DNA from: a virus
Reading direction: 5' to 3' (one strand)
Virus record (IMG/VR): IMGVR_UViG_3300042691_037350
Location: 58,475-122,474 of that record
Length of the DNA: 64,000 nt
Both the position numbers and the translations under genes were made by a program. Shown one piece after another: positions 31,837 to 40,805 of the stretch. The first letter of the stretch is position 1. Every line of letters starts with the position of its first letter. The notes under the pieces are model-generated. The model saw nothing but the letters and a program-made list of their open reading frames with translations, had not been told where the DNA came from and did no database searches.

Positions 31837-32243
31837 AATTTCTTTTGAAGCACAACTATAACATGAGTATTATCATTGTATGTTTTATGAATTTTAATAC
31901 CCTCCATCTGAGAAACCAGTTCAATCATATCAGAGTCTAAAAATAATGACTGGCACTGAGAAACTATACTGGATAAAAATTGACTGCCAGCGTTACCTTT
32001 AGCTACATCTTTACAGATCTTGGTAGCATTCAAAAATTTTAAGGTTAAAAATCCAGAATTAGATAATTTTTTACATAAATTAACTATATTAGTAATTCTA
32101 TCTTTGTATACATAATTATCTAGTGCTGTACAGATAATCTCAGAACAAGTACCGTTTATGACTTTATTTAGATCATCAATAGTCAGATTGTGATATCCAT
32201 CAAGATTATCTGATTCTGCTACAATAATATTTATTTTGTTCAT
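31833..32243 (-). CDS. Truncated or degenerate class I methyltransferase-like protein
   Basis: GTCSEIICTALD...LCKKLSNSGFLTL resembles the post-motif II region of class I methyltransferases. No GxG motif I. Confidence 0.35.
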   Translation of the reverse strand: MNKINIIVAESDNLDGYHNLTIDDLNKVINGTCSEIICTALDNYVYKDRITNIVNLCKKLSNSGFLTLKFLNATKICKDVAKGNAGSQFLSSIVSQCQSLFLDSDMIELVSQMEGIKIHKTYNDNTHVIVVLQKKL

Positions 32244-33154
32244 ATAATATATGCCTCATTATTAGCTTTATTTATTAGATTGATAGTATTTTGTTTGAAT
32301 GTTTCAAAAGGAAAATGTGATTCAAAATAATTTTTGTATTCCACCAAAGAGGATTCTAATGCTTGTTTTATACTAGTTATTAAATCCTGAACGGTTCTAG
32401 CCGTATATATATTGGGTACGCTAGCATAGTTATTCATAATCATTGGGGTGGCATATGTGACTCCTTTGCATCCACAAGCAATAGCAGTCAATAAATTAAC
32501 AATATTATGATCTCCCAGGTCAACACACACAGCATATTTGTTAAATAGTTCCCTAAGTATATCTACATCAAAATGCAGTTCTGTTAAAATATCTACTTGT
32601 ATATTATGACTATGTAAAAATTGTGCTAAAGGTTCTATATTAGGAGATTGCTCTAGATTAAGTAGTAGCACTCTATTGTCTCTTACGTTTTGTTCTTGAT
32701 AAAATTTATCTAGCGGTATACCATAATTATATACAAGCCTATTGTTTAATCGCCAAGATTCTGCTACATCATTAGCAAAAAATACTTTCATCTCTCTTGC
32801 TAAATTTTGATCTAGCAAGACCATATCTTCTTTTTTGATTTGTTGAGGCTTATATGAATGAGTAAAAATTATACTATTAAGATGCATTGCTGCAAATTTT
32901 TTCTGTGTAGAATACCCAATAATATTATTAGTCATACCAACATTATAATTGAATAAATCAGACTGTGACCCTTCTAAGAGTGTGAGATGAGAGTTTTTAA
33001 GGCCCAAAAAGTTATATCCTTTGGAGCTAAATAAATTTATCTCACATTCTGACAAAAGCACATCAAATAAATTTCTTTGTGGCTCATATAAAATATTAAT
33101 GGGCTGATTATTAAATTTGTTTAAGATATTTCCAGTGATGGTGCTTAGATACAT
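32240..33154 (-). CDS. Degenerate GT-B (GT4-like) protein
   Basis: YNYGIPLDKF and LFNKYAVCVD...NLLTAIACGCKGV. Both Glu residues of E-x7-E are absent. Confidence 0.5.
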   Translation of the reverse strand: MYLSTITGNILNKFNNQPINILYEPQRNLFDVLLSECEINLFSSKGYNFLGLKNSHLTLLEGSQSDLFNYNVGMTNNIIGYSTQKKFAAMHLNSIIFTHSYKPQQIKKEDMVLLDQNLAREMKVFFANDVAESWRLNNRLVYNYGIPLDKFYQEQNVRDNRVLLLNLEQSPNIEPLAQFLHSHNIQVDILTELHFDVDILRELFNKYAVCVDLGDHNIVNLLTAIACGCKGVTYATPMIMNNYASVPNIYTARTVQDLITSIKQALESSLVEYKNYFESHFPFETFKQNTINLINKANNEAYII

Positions 33155-34269
33155 AGTTTAGAACCTATACTTTCATAAGAAAAATTATTTAAACAAGAAA
33201 TACCGTTCTCTTGTTTAGCTATGAGTTGAGGGTCTTTTTTACAATGCATATTATATACTGATCTCATTTTATCTATCAGATCATACATATCTATTTTATA
33301 CCAATATTCATCAGCGTTATACAGATCAAAATCTTTTGAAAGAGTTCTATGCTCAAGAATAACTGGAGTTTTATGACTTTTCACTAAGAAGCCATTGTGC
33401 TCATTAATATAGTCTTTCATTCCTGTATTTTGGTTGACTATGGGAGTTTTACCTAGCACTAATGCTTCTGCGGCTGGTCTACAAAAGGCTTCACCATATG
33501 AAGGAGCCACAAAACAATCACAAGAATTATGTAGTCCGATAATATCTTGATATGACAATTGATTGGTTATAATAATTTCTTTTTTATATTTTTTAGAAAT
33601 ATTTAATTTATTTTTTAATGCTTCTATTTCTTCTTCTAATTTTTTAGATGTTTCATTTGGATGAACACCATTTTTGCTGGTTTTGATTATAAGACACACT
33701 GGTTCGGAGTAATCAAAAGCTAAATTAAAAGCCGTGACCAGATCTAGAATATTTTTTCTAAAGTTATGCTCTCCTATAAAATAGAATTTGAACATATTAT
33801 CTAATATAGGATTTAATTGTAGTTTATAGTTTCTATTTTGCTCGATAAAAACTGTATCTAGAGGTTGTGATATTGTTTTTACTGTAGTGGTGACACCTGA
33901 TTTTTTTAAACACTGTTCTTCTATTTTAGAAGGGACCCAAATCTCGTCCATTCTATTAATATTGGCTATACAATACGACTCTTTAATATGATTTGTTTCT
34001 AATACAAACAACCCAATATTTTTGGCATAAGATCTATTGAGAAATAAACAGTGCGGTAGTGTTTTTTGTATTACTACATCATAATTATCATATCTTGTAT
34101 TTTCATAGCCTAAAATATCTGGTTCATTAAAATATGGATCCGGCGTTGCAAGATAGACGGGTCTTGTTGTGATATTTTTGTGTTGAGAAGCCAGTGCTCT
34201 TATATAAGATCTGGTGGCTAATCCCCAACCATCATTTTGACGATATGGACCTACAAAGAGGGTATTCAT
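33145..34269 (-). CDS. Glycosyltransferase family 4
   Basis: GWGLATRSY, DEIWVPS, FIGEHNFRKNI, CDCFVAPSYGEAFCRPAAEALVLGKTPI (E-x7-E intact). Confidence 0.85.
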   Translation of the reverse strand: MNTLFVGPYRQNDGWGLATRSYIRALASQHKNITTRPVYLATPDPYFNEPDILGYENTRYDNYDVVIQKTLPHCLFLNRSYAKNIGLFVLETNHIKESYCIANINRMDEIWVPSKIEEQCLKKSGVTTTVKTISQPLDTVFIEQNRNYKLQLNPILDNMFKFYFIGEHNFRKNILDLVTAFNLAFDYSEPVCLIIKTSKNGVHPNETSKKLEEEIEALKNKLNISKKYKKEIIITNQLSYQDIIGLHNSCDCFVAPSYGEAFCRPAAEALVLGKTPIVNQNTGMKDYINEHNGFLVKSHKTPVILEHRTLSKDFDLYNADEYWYKIDMYDLIDKMRSVYNMHCKKDPQLIAKQENGISCLNNFSYESIGSKLCI

Positions 34270-35936
34270 TTAATACTATCCTTCATGTGAGCATAATTAA
34301 TATAATCTTCTGGATTTAATTTATCTAAATTATTTTTAGCCGTTTGGGCAAGATTGTGATTTCTAATAATCGTATTAAGTATATCCAGAGCTTTTTGTGT
34401 GTTGTATCCTTCTGTTGATAGTCCTTGGTTGATAAATCCATAATCTATATCCCTAATCATATTTAACATAATCATAGAAGATCCTACCTGATGATTTGGA
34501 AGATGTTTCGATACCAAGAATGTGATTAAGTCATATGGTGTGCTAATATTCTCAGGCACATCAGATATTTCTTGCATCAGCGGGAGTATCTGATCCCATT
34601 GTCCTTGTAATCCAGTTAATTGAATACTATCAAAATATTTTTCCCATTTTTTGGCTATATCATCCCAATTATAGTGTTTTTCTGTTAGTTTCCTGGTTTC
34701 GAATCTTTTTTGTTCCTTGAGAGGTTCTGGCATCTTATAAAAAGACTCTAGAATATGTATTAAATTTTCATTATCTGGAAATACTCTAATCGCTCTAGTC
34801 TCTAATTCTTTAAAATATTGACCAACTTTAATTGGATACCCATTAACCTTTCTAACAACGTCACTCATAGCGCTATAATCGATAGAAGATATTGGTACAC
34901 CACACGCAGATGCTTCTACTTGTGGCATACCGAATCCTTCACATATTGCATACTGAACATAGATATCAAAAAGATTCATTACCGCCGCAAGATTTTGTGA
35001 GGATATCCCATTACTAACATTAGGCATACTACATGATTTCTGACCACATCTAGTACAAACAGCGACTGGATGCTGAAACAGAGAAGGGTAAAAATGTCCA
35101 CAGCTTTTACATGAGTATGTGAATAGTACTCTGTTTCCTATTTTGTATTCCTTTAAGAGTTGTGGAATATCCCACCCAGCATCTGGATAACTAGTGTGTA
35201 AATACAGATAAAGGTTTTTGCCTAATTCATGATTGTTTGTGCGTTCGCATTTTTCTAATAGCTTTTTAATAGCATAGAATAAATCTGGAATTAATTTACG
35301 TTTTTGATTGCGCATAACAGAACCGACAATAAATAAATCTTCGCTAAGACCAAAAGCCTTGCGAAGTCCTTTGCGATCAGTTGCCGGTACAAATGTTTGT
35401 AAATCTACGCCTGGAGATGTTGTGTCTATGTAATTTATTTTATTATTGCTTTGTTTAGCAATGGTGTCTCTGCCGAAATCGGAGTATGTAAATACAGCGT
35501 CAGCATGCAAAAATGTATCTATCCATTCTTCTTGTTGTGGTTCAGAATCGACAGTGGGCATCAAAACCCAGTGGAAAAATGGTCGTAAAGGAGAGAACTG
35601 TTGGTACGAATTCATCCAGTAATCTCTAACATCGAATACCACATCCGGCTTAAAGTCCAGCAAAACCCTTTCAAATCTCCATCTACCGAACTGATTTTCT
35701 GATGATGATTGATATTCAGGATATCTTGGATCTTTTTCATCTACGGCATTCGCATAATATTTCCAGTCAATACTAACATCTTTTGGATCATTAGTTTTAC
35801 CATAACACGCTAATTCAGCGATATCATATTTACCTGTAGCATGTAATCTTTTTAAGATCTCTTTGGCATAAGTTCCAAAGCCTGAACTTAAGAAACTAGC
35901 TTCTGACACCATCAAAATTTTAAGTTTTTTATTCAT
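34266..35936 (-). CDS. Glycosyltransferase family 4 with a zinc-ribbon insert
   Basis: KILMVSEASFLSSGFG, PGVDLQTF, VMRNQKRK, EGFGMPQVEASACGVP. CKSC...CTRC insert at about 35043-35111. Confidence 0.88.
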   Translation of the reverse strand: MNKKLKILMVSEASFLSSGFGTYAKEILKRLHATGKYDIAELACYGKTNDPKDVSIDWKYYANAVDEKDPRYPEYQSSSENQFGRWRFERVLLDFKPDVVFDVRDYWMNSYQQFSPLRPFFHWVLMPTVDSEPQQEEWIDTFLHADAVFTYSDFGRDTIAKQSNNKINYIDTTSPGVDLQTFVPATDRKGLRKAFGLSEDLFIVGSVMRNQKRKLIPDLFYAIKKLLEKCERTNNHELGKNLYLYLHTSYPDAGWDIPQLLKEYKIGNRVLFTYSCKSCGHFYPSLFQHPVAVCTRCGQKSCSMPNVSNGISSQNLAAVMNLFDIYVQYAICEGFGMPQVEASACGVPISSIDYSAMSDVVRKVNGYPIKVGQYFKELETRAIRVFPDNENLIHILESFYKMPEPLKEQKRFETRKLTEKHYNWDDIAKKWEKYFDSIQLTGLQGQWDQILPLMQEISDVPENISTPYDLITFLVSKHLPNHQVGSSMIMLNMIRDIDYGFINQGLSTEGYNTQKALDILNTIIRNHNLAQTAKNNLDKLNPEDYINYAHMKDSIK

Positions 35937-35959
35937 ATGAAAATAGTTTTAAAGAAAAG

Positions 35960-35991
35960 AAAATAAAAATAGGGGGTTATGCACCCCCTAT
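35960..35991 (-). terminator. Rho-independent terminator downstream of ssb
   Basis: 9-bp stem ATAGGGGGT / ACCCCCTAT (35969-35991) with a 5-nt loop, followed on the - strand by TTTTATTTTCTTTTC. Confidence 0.8.
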
Positions 35992-36006
35992 CTTTAGATT
36001 AACCTA

Positions 36007-36384
36007 TCAGAATGCTACGGTCTCATTTTCTTCTGTCTTATTCTTCTTAGATAGCTTTGTGATCTTAGAAAAATTATTAACACGAACCTTTAGAGTACTA
36101 TGCTTAACGCCATCCTTCTCCCACGAGTCATTTCGCAAGGAACCTTCAACTAACACGAGATCACCCTTCTTAAAAGAATCAGCTATAATCTCAGCGCCAG
36201 TATCCCACGCTTCGCAAGAGACAAATGTAGTTACCTTATCCTTGTCTCCATTAGACTTAGTATACTCGCGTGACACAGCCACCGTAAAATTAACTACAGT
36301 GGTTTGTCTGCCGCCAGTATTAACTACCCTGACTTCTGGATCACGAGCTAAGTTACCTCTTAAGATGTTAATATTCATATTCAA
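36007..36384 (-). CDS. ssb: Single-stranded DNA-binding protein
   Basis: GNLARDPEVR, FTVAV, CEAW, KKGDLVLVEGSL (bacterial SSB OB fold). AAGGAG Shine-Dalgarno upstream. Confidence 0.95.
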   Translation of the reverse strand: MNMNINILRGNLARDPEVRVVNTGGRQTTVVNFTVAVSREYTKSNGDKDKVTTFVSCEAWDTGAEIIADSFKKGDLVLVEGSLRNDSWEKDGVKHSTLKVRVNNFSKITKLSKKNKTEENETVAF

Positions 36385-36416
36385 ACTCCTTGATGTGAAA
36401 AACCAAATTACAAAGT

Positions 36417-36444
36417 ATTATAAAAACCGTGGGTGTGGTGTCAA
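36417..36444 (-). promoter_or_regulatory. Sigma70-type promoter for ssb
   Basis: TTGACA-N16-TATAAT on the - strand. The -35 box contains the TGA stop of the dnaE C-half. Confidence 0.8.
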
Positions 36445-38066
36445 GATTTTGCGATGTAAGCCTTTTCTACTATCAATGAATCACCGGCTTTCGATCTGTT
36501 GCCCTTGACTATAATAACATTGCTACCAAACAATAGGTTTCTATAACTTCTGTATTGATCTGGAAAGAAGACCACAGAATCCAAAACACCCGACCCGTCA
36601 GTTAATGTAACAAATGCCATTTCAAGTCCAGGATTTTTCCCAGTTTTAGTTTTTGTAACGCTAATATTATCAACTTCACCACATAAAATAATATTGTCTT
36701 TAGATAGACTATTTTTAAATTCTTTGCATGTCATATTAGTCATACTAATATCATACATATCCACTTTAGAACATGTAATGCTACACCCTAGGGTTTCTTC
36801 TTCTGTATCAGCAATCCACTCTGGATTGTCTTCTAGAGCATATGGCGGTTTATGTAATGTATTCAACAAGTTTTGTACTACTAGTAACCTATTTTTATTT
36901 AGCTTACCAACCCTTATTAAACCAGTAAGAGCGTCATTAAGATTATTATAATTATATATATTAGTTAAGATATGAGATATTTCTTTTTTGGTCAGTTCAT
37001 TAATAAGACTTAACTCAAATAACATAGCGTTTCTGGTTTTCTTTAAAAAAGACAACGCTCCGCTTTGTATAAGAGATTTGGCTGCTGTAGAATTAATATC
37101 TGTTAGGATCATAAAGGCCAACTGTATCCAGTTCACGGCATCAAGATTGATTTGCTTATTTTGTATAAGACTAACTAATTTATCATAAACAGCATTGCCA
37201 AAACCTTTAATATCGGTCAGTCCAAAATAAATTTGATTATTTTTGAGTATAAATAATTTATTTAGATGCCTAATATCTGGTGTGCTTACTGTAATATCCA
37301 TTTCACTAGCATTTTGAACCAATTCTTTGATTTCTGATTTAGGATCAATTTTATCTTTAGCAAATCTTAGGTATGATGCAAAAAATATTTTTGGGAAGTG
37401 AGCTTTTGTATATGCAGATAAGTATGCATTAATAGCATAGCTGACAGCATGAGATTTATTAAAAGAATATCTTTGAGATTTCTCGATCCAGCTAAAAATT
37501 TGATCTGCCTCGTCTTCCGTGACCAAATTAAGGTTTTTAGCTCCAAATAAAAATTTGGATTTGACTTTTGCCATTTCTTCTGGTTTTTTCTTACCAATAG
37601 CTTTTCTTAACATGTCTGCTTCTTGCAAATTAAAACCAGCAATTACTTTAGCAATTTCCATTGCCTGTTCTTGATAAATCATTTCTCCATAGGTAGTCTT
37701 TAAAATTGGTTCTAGAGACGGGTGGAAGTGATCAATAGTTTCTTGTCCATTTTTTTTATCTATATAATGATTAGTAACACTTTTACCATCTCTAATAGCC
37801 TCTAAGCATCCGGGTCTAAGAATACTAATCAATGCAGATAGTTCTTCTATATTAGATGGTTTGAGTTTTTTGGCTATAGATCTGCCAAGTCTTGATTCTA
37901 ATTGAAAACACCCTTTGGTATTGCCATCAGAGATCAAGTCCCAAGTTTTATAGCATTCCAAATTGATCTTTTCGATTTTAGGATCAAAAGATAGTTTCAT
38001 ATCATCTCCGTCTCCAGAGATAATATCAAATGAACAGCCACAAGGATACTGAAATTTCCTAGACAT
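36441..38066 (-). CDS. dnaE: DNA polymerase III alpha, C-terminal half (fingers, HhH, OB fold)
   Basis: GCFQLES, ILRPG, YQEQAM, ADMLRKAIGKKK, YSFNKSHAVSYA, FGLTDIKGFG, MAFVTLTD. Confidence 0.93.
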   Translation of the reverse strand: MSRKFQYPCGCSFDIISGDGDDMKLSFDPKIEKINLECYKTWDLISDGNTKGCFQLESRLGRSIAKKLKPSNIEELSALISILRPGCLEAIRDGKSVTNHYIDKKNGQETIDHFHPSLEPILKTTYGEMIYQEQAMEIAKVIAGFNLQEADMLRKAIGKKKPEEMAKVKSKFLFGAKNLNLVTEDEADQIFSWIEKSQRYSFNKSHAVSYAINAYLSAYTKAHFPKIFFASYLRFAKDKIDPKSEIKELVQNASEMDITVSTPDIRHLNKLFILKNNQIYFGLTDIKGFGNAVYDKLVSLIQNKQINLDAVNWIQLAFMILTDINSTAAKSLIQSGALSFLKKTRNAMLFELSLINELTKKEISHILTNIYNYNNLNDALTGLIRVGKLNKNRLLVVQNLLNTLHKPPYALEDNPEWIADTEEETLGCSITCSKVDMYDISMTNMTCKEFKNSLSKDNIILCGEVDNISVTKTKTGKNPGLEMAFVTLTDGSGVLDSVVFFPDQYRSYRNLLFGSNVIIVKGNRSKAGDSLIVEKAYIAKS

Positions 38067-38754
38067 TAGTAGTAAAAGAATCCTTAAACTTAATTTTTTG
38101 AGCCAGATTTCTATGTAATTTTAAAAATCTAATCAATATTTCTGCACAATCCTTTACGTCTTTTAGGGCGTCGTGCGCGCCTTCTTTTGATAGGCCAACA
38201 TAATCCCTAACAGAGTCCAGAGTATAGCTTTTAAGGTCATTATTGTATTCGAACCAATAAAAAATCAAATTCATTATATCTACAACATCTCTAGGGAAAA
38301 ATACGCCTGATGTACCTTCTTTATTTGTGTTGCCATACTTTACGCTTAGCCTGTCTATAATTTTAAGGTCAAACCTATTAATATTATATCCTGCTGCTAT
38401 TGGTGCGGTAAATTGACTTTTTTTAGATGATCTAGTATGATACATATCTAAATAATTAACAAATAATTTCCACGAGTGTTCTTGAGATGGATAGTTTTTC
38501 CACTGTGATAAAACCTCATCCTTAGAACAACTTTTTACTCTAGCGTGAAAATCTAGAATATCTGTTGTATAAACATAATTATCATCACTTGCCAATACTT
38601 CTGGTTTAAAAAATATATTAAATTCAGATTTGGGTATAATTTCTAACTTTATAGGATCTATCATAAGAGCAGCGATTTGTACAGGACTACACTGCTTTGG
38701 GTCAGATCCATCTGTTTCAAAATCAAAAACACAAATTTTGTTATAATTAATCAT
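38059..38754 (-). CDS. DEDDh 3'-5' exonuclease (DnaQ/epsilon-like)
   Basis: ExoI FDFETDG, ExoII GYNINRFD, ExoIII HDALKD. Confidence 0.88.
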   Translation of the reverse strand: MINYNKICVFDFETDGSDPKQCSPVQIAALMIDPIKLEIIPKSEFNIFFKPEVLASDDNYVYTTDILDFHARVKSCSKDEVLSQWKNYPSQEHSWKLFVNYLDMYHTRSSKKSQFTAPIAAGYNINRFDLKIIDRLSVKYGNTNKEGTSGVFFPRDVVDIMNLIFYWFEYNNDLKSYTLDSVRDYVGLSKEGAHDALKDVKDCAEILIRFLKLHRNLAQKIKFKDSFTTNV

Positions 38755-38929
38755 TAATTTCTACTTCTGTAATAGGTATAACTTGGATCTTAGTATTGGT
38801 GTCATTTACTTGTGAAGCATTATTCACATGACAGCAACTTACTCTTTCATCTGGAATTTTAACATACTCGATTCCATTAAGTGTAAATTGTTGACCTATT
38901 TGTACATCAATAAACTTTTTTAAAGACAT
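38747..38929 (-). CDS. Small beta-rich hypothetical protein (60 aa)
   Basis: Fills the gap between dnaE-N and the exonuclease. AGGAG lies upstream in the end of dnaE-N. Contains a CCH motif. Confidence 0.6.
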   Translation of the reverse strand: MSLKKFIDVQIGQQFTLNGIEYVKIPDERVSCCHVNNASQVNDTNTKIQVIPITEVEIND

Positions 38930-38933
38930 AGTA

Positions 38934-40805
38934 TTATTTATCTCCTAAAATATCTTGAATAGTCATAATTTTGTCTAACATTGCAACACCAAGTATATCA
39001 AACTTAATTATACCAATAGATTCTAAATCTTGCATCTCCATACCAGCGATTAATTGCTTATTTTTGGAATCATAAACCATTGGACATGCTTCGTTCAAAG
39101 GCAATGCGCTGATTGCGATACCCGCTGCGTGTTTTGACTGATTGGATTTCGTACCCTCTAATCTAATAGCCTGCTCAAAGCGTTTGGCAAGTGGTCCTTG
39201 TAGTTCATTTTTTTCATCGATAAAGCACCATTCTTTTAGCTTATCGGGATTATTCTCTAGGGCCCATCTAATAATAGAAGCTTCTCCTGTTTCTTCTTTC
39301 ATTTCTTGAAGATCATCTGCTATTTTAGCTTCGTCTGGAATATTTTTTGTAATCTTATTCATTTCATCGAAAGAAATATTTCCATAAACTCTTAATACAT
39401 CCTTTAAAGCACCTCGGCCTTTAATAGTATTGAAAGTAATCATTTGCGACACTTTATCGTGACCATATTTAGTCTTGATATAGTCGATAATAATCTCTCT
39501 TTTATTAATTGGTACGTCAACATCTATATCTGGCATGGAAATATGATCTTTAGAATTACGTCCAGCATTATAAAATCTATCAAACATTAGATTATATTTC
39601 ATCGGATCGATACTGGTAATTCCAATCAAATAAGACACTAGGCATCCGGCAGCACTACCTCTACCTGGACCGGGAAGCCAACTGTTCTGTCTAACATAAT
39701 TGACAATATCTTGTACGATCAAGAAATAACTAGAAAGACCAGCACCCTGCAAAACTTCTAATTCATATTTAATTCTATTTACGTATTGCTGTTGATCATC
39801 CTTATTAATACTATTAGCTATTTTGTCTCTCCATCCTTCTCTACATAATTGTCTAAGATATTCGTCTGGATTATAGCCGGTAGGGCATGTAAAAGGAGGA
39901 AGTCTTGGTTTACTTAAAACATTATATTCTTCACAAAGATCAGCTACCAAATTAGTATTTTCTATTTCTGCTTCTGTATGCAAGCTATTCATTTCCTCTT
40001 GAGAAAGTAAATGAAAATTATCAGAAGTAAAAAAGCATGAGAGAGGAACTTCTTCATCATGACTTATTTTTCTACTAATTTCAGGAAAAGTAGTTTTTAA
40101 ATTATTACATAATAGGATTCTTTGATCATTAGCGTCTTCTTTTCGACAATAATGAGCATCTGGGGTACAAACAACTTTTGTGTTACTAAGTTTACCCAAT
40201 TCTCTAATAATATCAGTTAAATCTTTTTGAATAGGAGTATTATTCATATCCATTAATTGTGCTTCCAAAAAGAAATTATCTTTACCAAATATATCTTTTA
40301 AAGAACCAATTTCTTTCAGACCTACTTTTTGCCAATCCTTAATTATAGCATTATTTTGTATTAGTTTATCAGCAAGCAGTGACCCAAGATGGCCGCATAT
40401 ACCTATGATATTACCATCACAAAACTTGGAAAGACTCTTGAGATCAAGTCTGGGTTTATGATAATAAAAGTCTGGCCTATTAGACTCGGAAACCAATTGA
40501 ATAAGCTTATTCCACCCATTCAAATTTTTTGCTAATACCAAAAAGTGAGTAAGATCCTTATTGGTTTTATCTTGTATAACTGGATCTTTATCACACAAAT
40601 AAATCTCACAACCAAGAATGGGCTTAATTCCCTTGGACTTCATTTCTGAATAAAATTTAACAGCCCCGGCTATATTGCCGTGATCTGTTAAGGCGCAAGC
40701 AGTAGCGCCTATTTCTTGACATCGTTCAGAAATTTGAGACGGTTTAGATAATCCATCCAACAAACTAAACATCGAGTGACAATGGAGAGGTATATATTTT
40801 TTCAT
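38934..40805 (-). CDS. dnaE: DNA polymerase III alpha, N-terminal half (PHP, palm, thumb)
   Basis: HCHSMFSLLDG, TDHGN, GCE, DAHY, GPGRGSAAG, PDIDVD, HAAG, KFDILG. Confidence 0.95.
   Translation of the reverse strand: MKKYIPLHCHSMFSLLDGLSKPSQISERCQEIGATACALTDHGNIAGAVKFYSEMKSKGIKPILGCEIYLCDKDPVIQDKTNKDLTHFLVLAKNLNGWNKLIQLVSESNRPDFYYHKPRLDLKSLSKFCDGNIIGICGHLGSLLADKLIQNNAIIKDWQKVGLKEIGSLKDIFGKDNFFLEAQLMDMNNTPIQKDLTDIIRELGKLSNTKVVCTPDAHYCRKEDANDQRILLCNNLKTTFPEISRKISHDEEVPLSCFFTSDNFHLLSQEEMNSLHTEAEIENTNLVADLCEEYNVLSKPRLPPFTCPTGYNPDEYLRQLCREGWRDKIANSINKDDQQQYVNRIKYELEVLQGAGLSSYFLIVQDIVNYVRQNSWLPGPGRGSAAGCLVSYLIGITSIDPMKYNLMFDRFYNAGRNSKDHISMPDIDVDVPINKREIIIDYIKTKYGHDKVSQMITFNTIKGRGALKDVLRVYGNISFDEMNKITKNIPDEAKIADDLQEMKEETGEASIIRWALENNPDKLKEWCFIDEKNELQGPLAKRFEQAIRLEGTKSNQSKHAAGIAISALPLNEACPMVYDSKNKQLIAGMEMQDLESIGIIKFDILGVAMLDKIMTIQDILGDK

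Noticed and set aside
36441-40805. Split intein or group I intron in dnaE
   Set aside because: No Cys/Ser-initiated intein N-part follows the N-half and no HN-C/S junction is present in the C-half. The gap is fully occupied by coupled ORFs, leaving no room for a ribozyme core.
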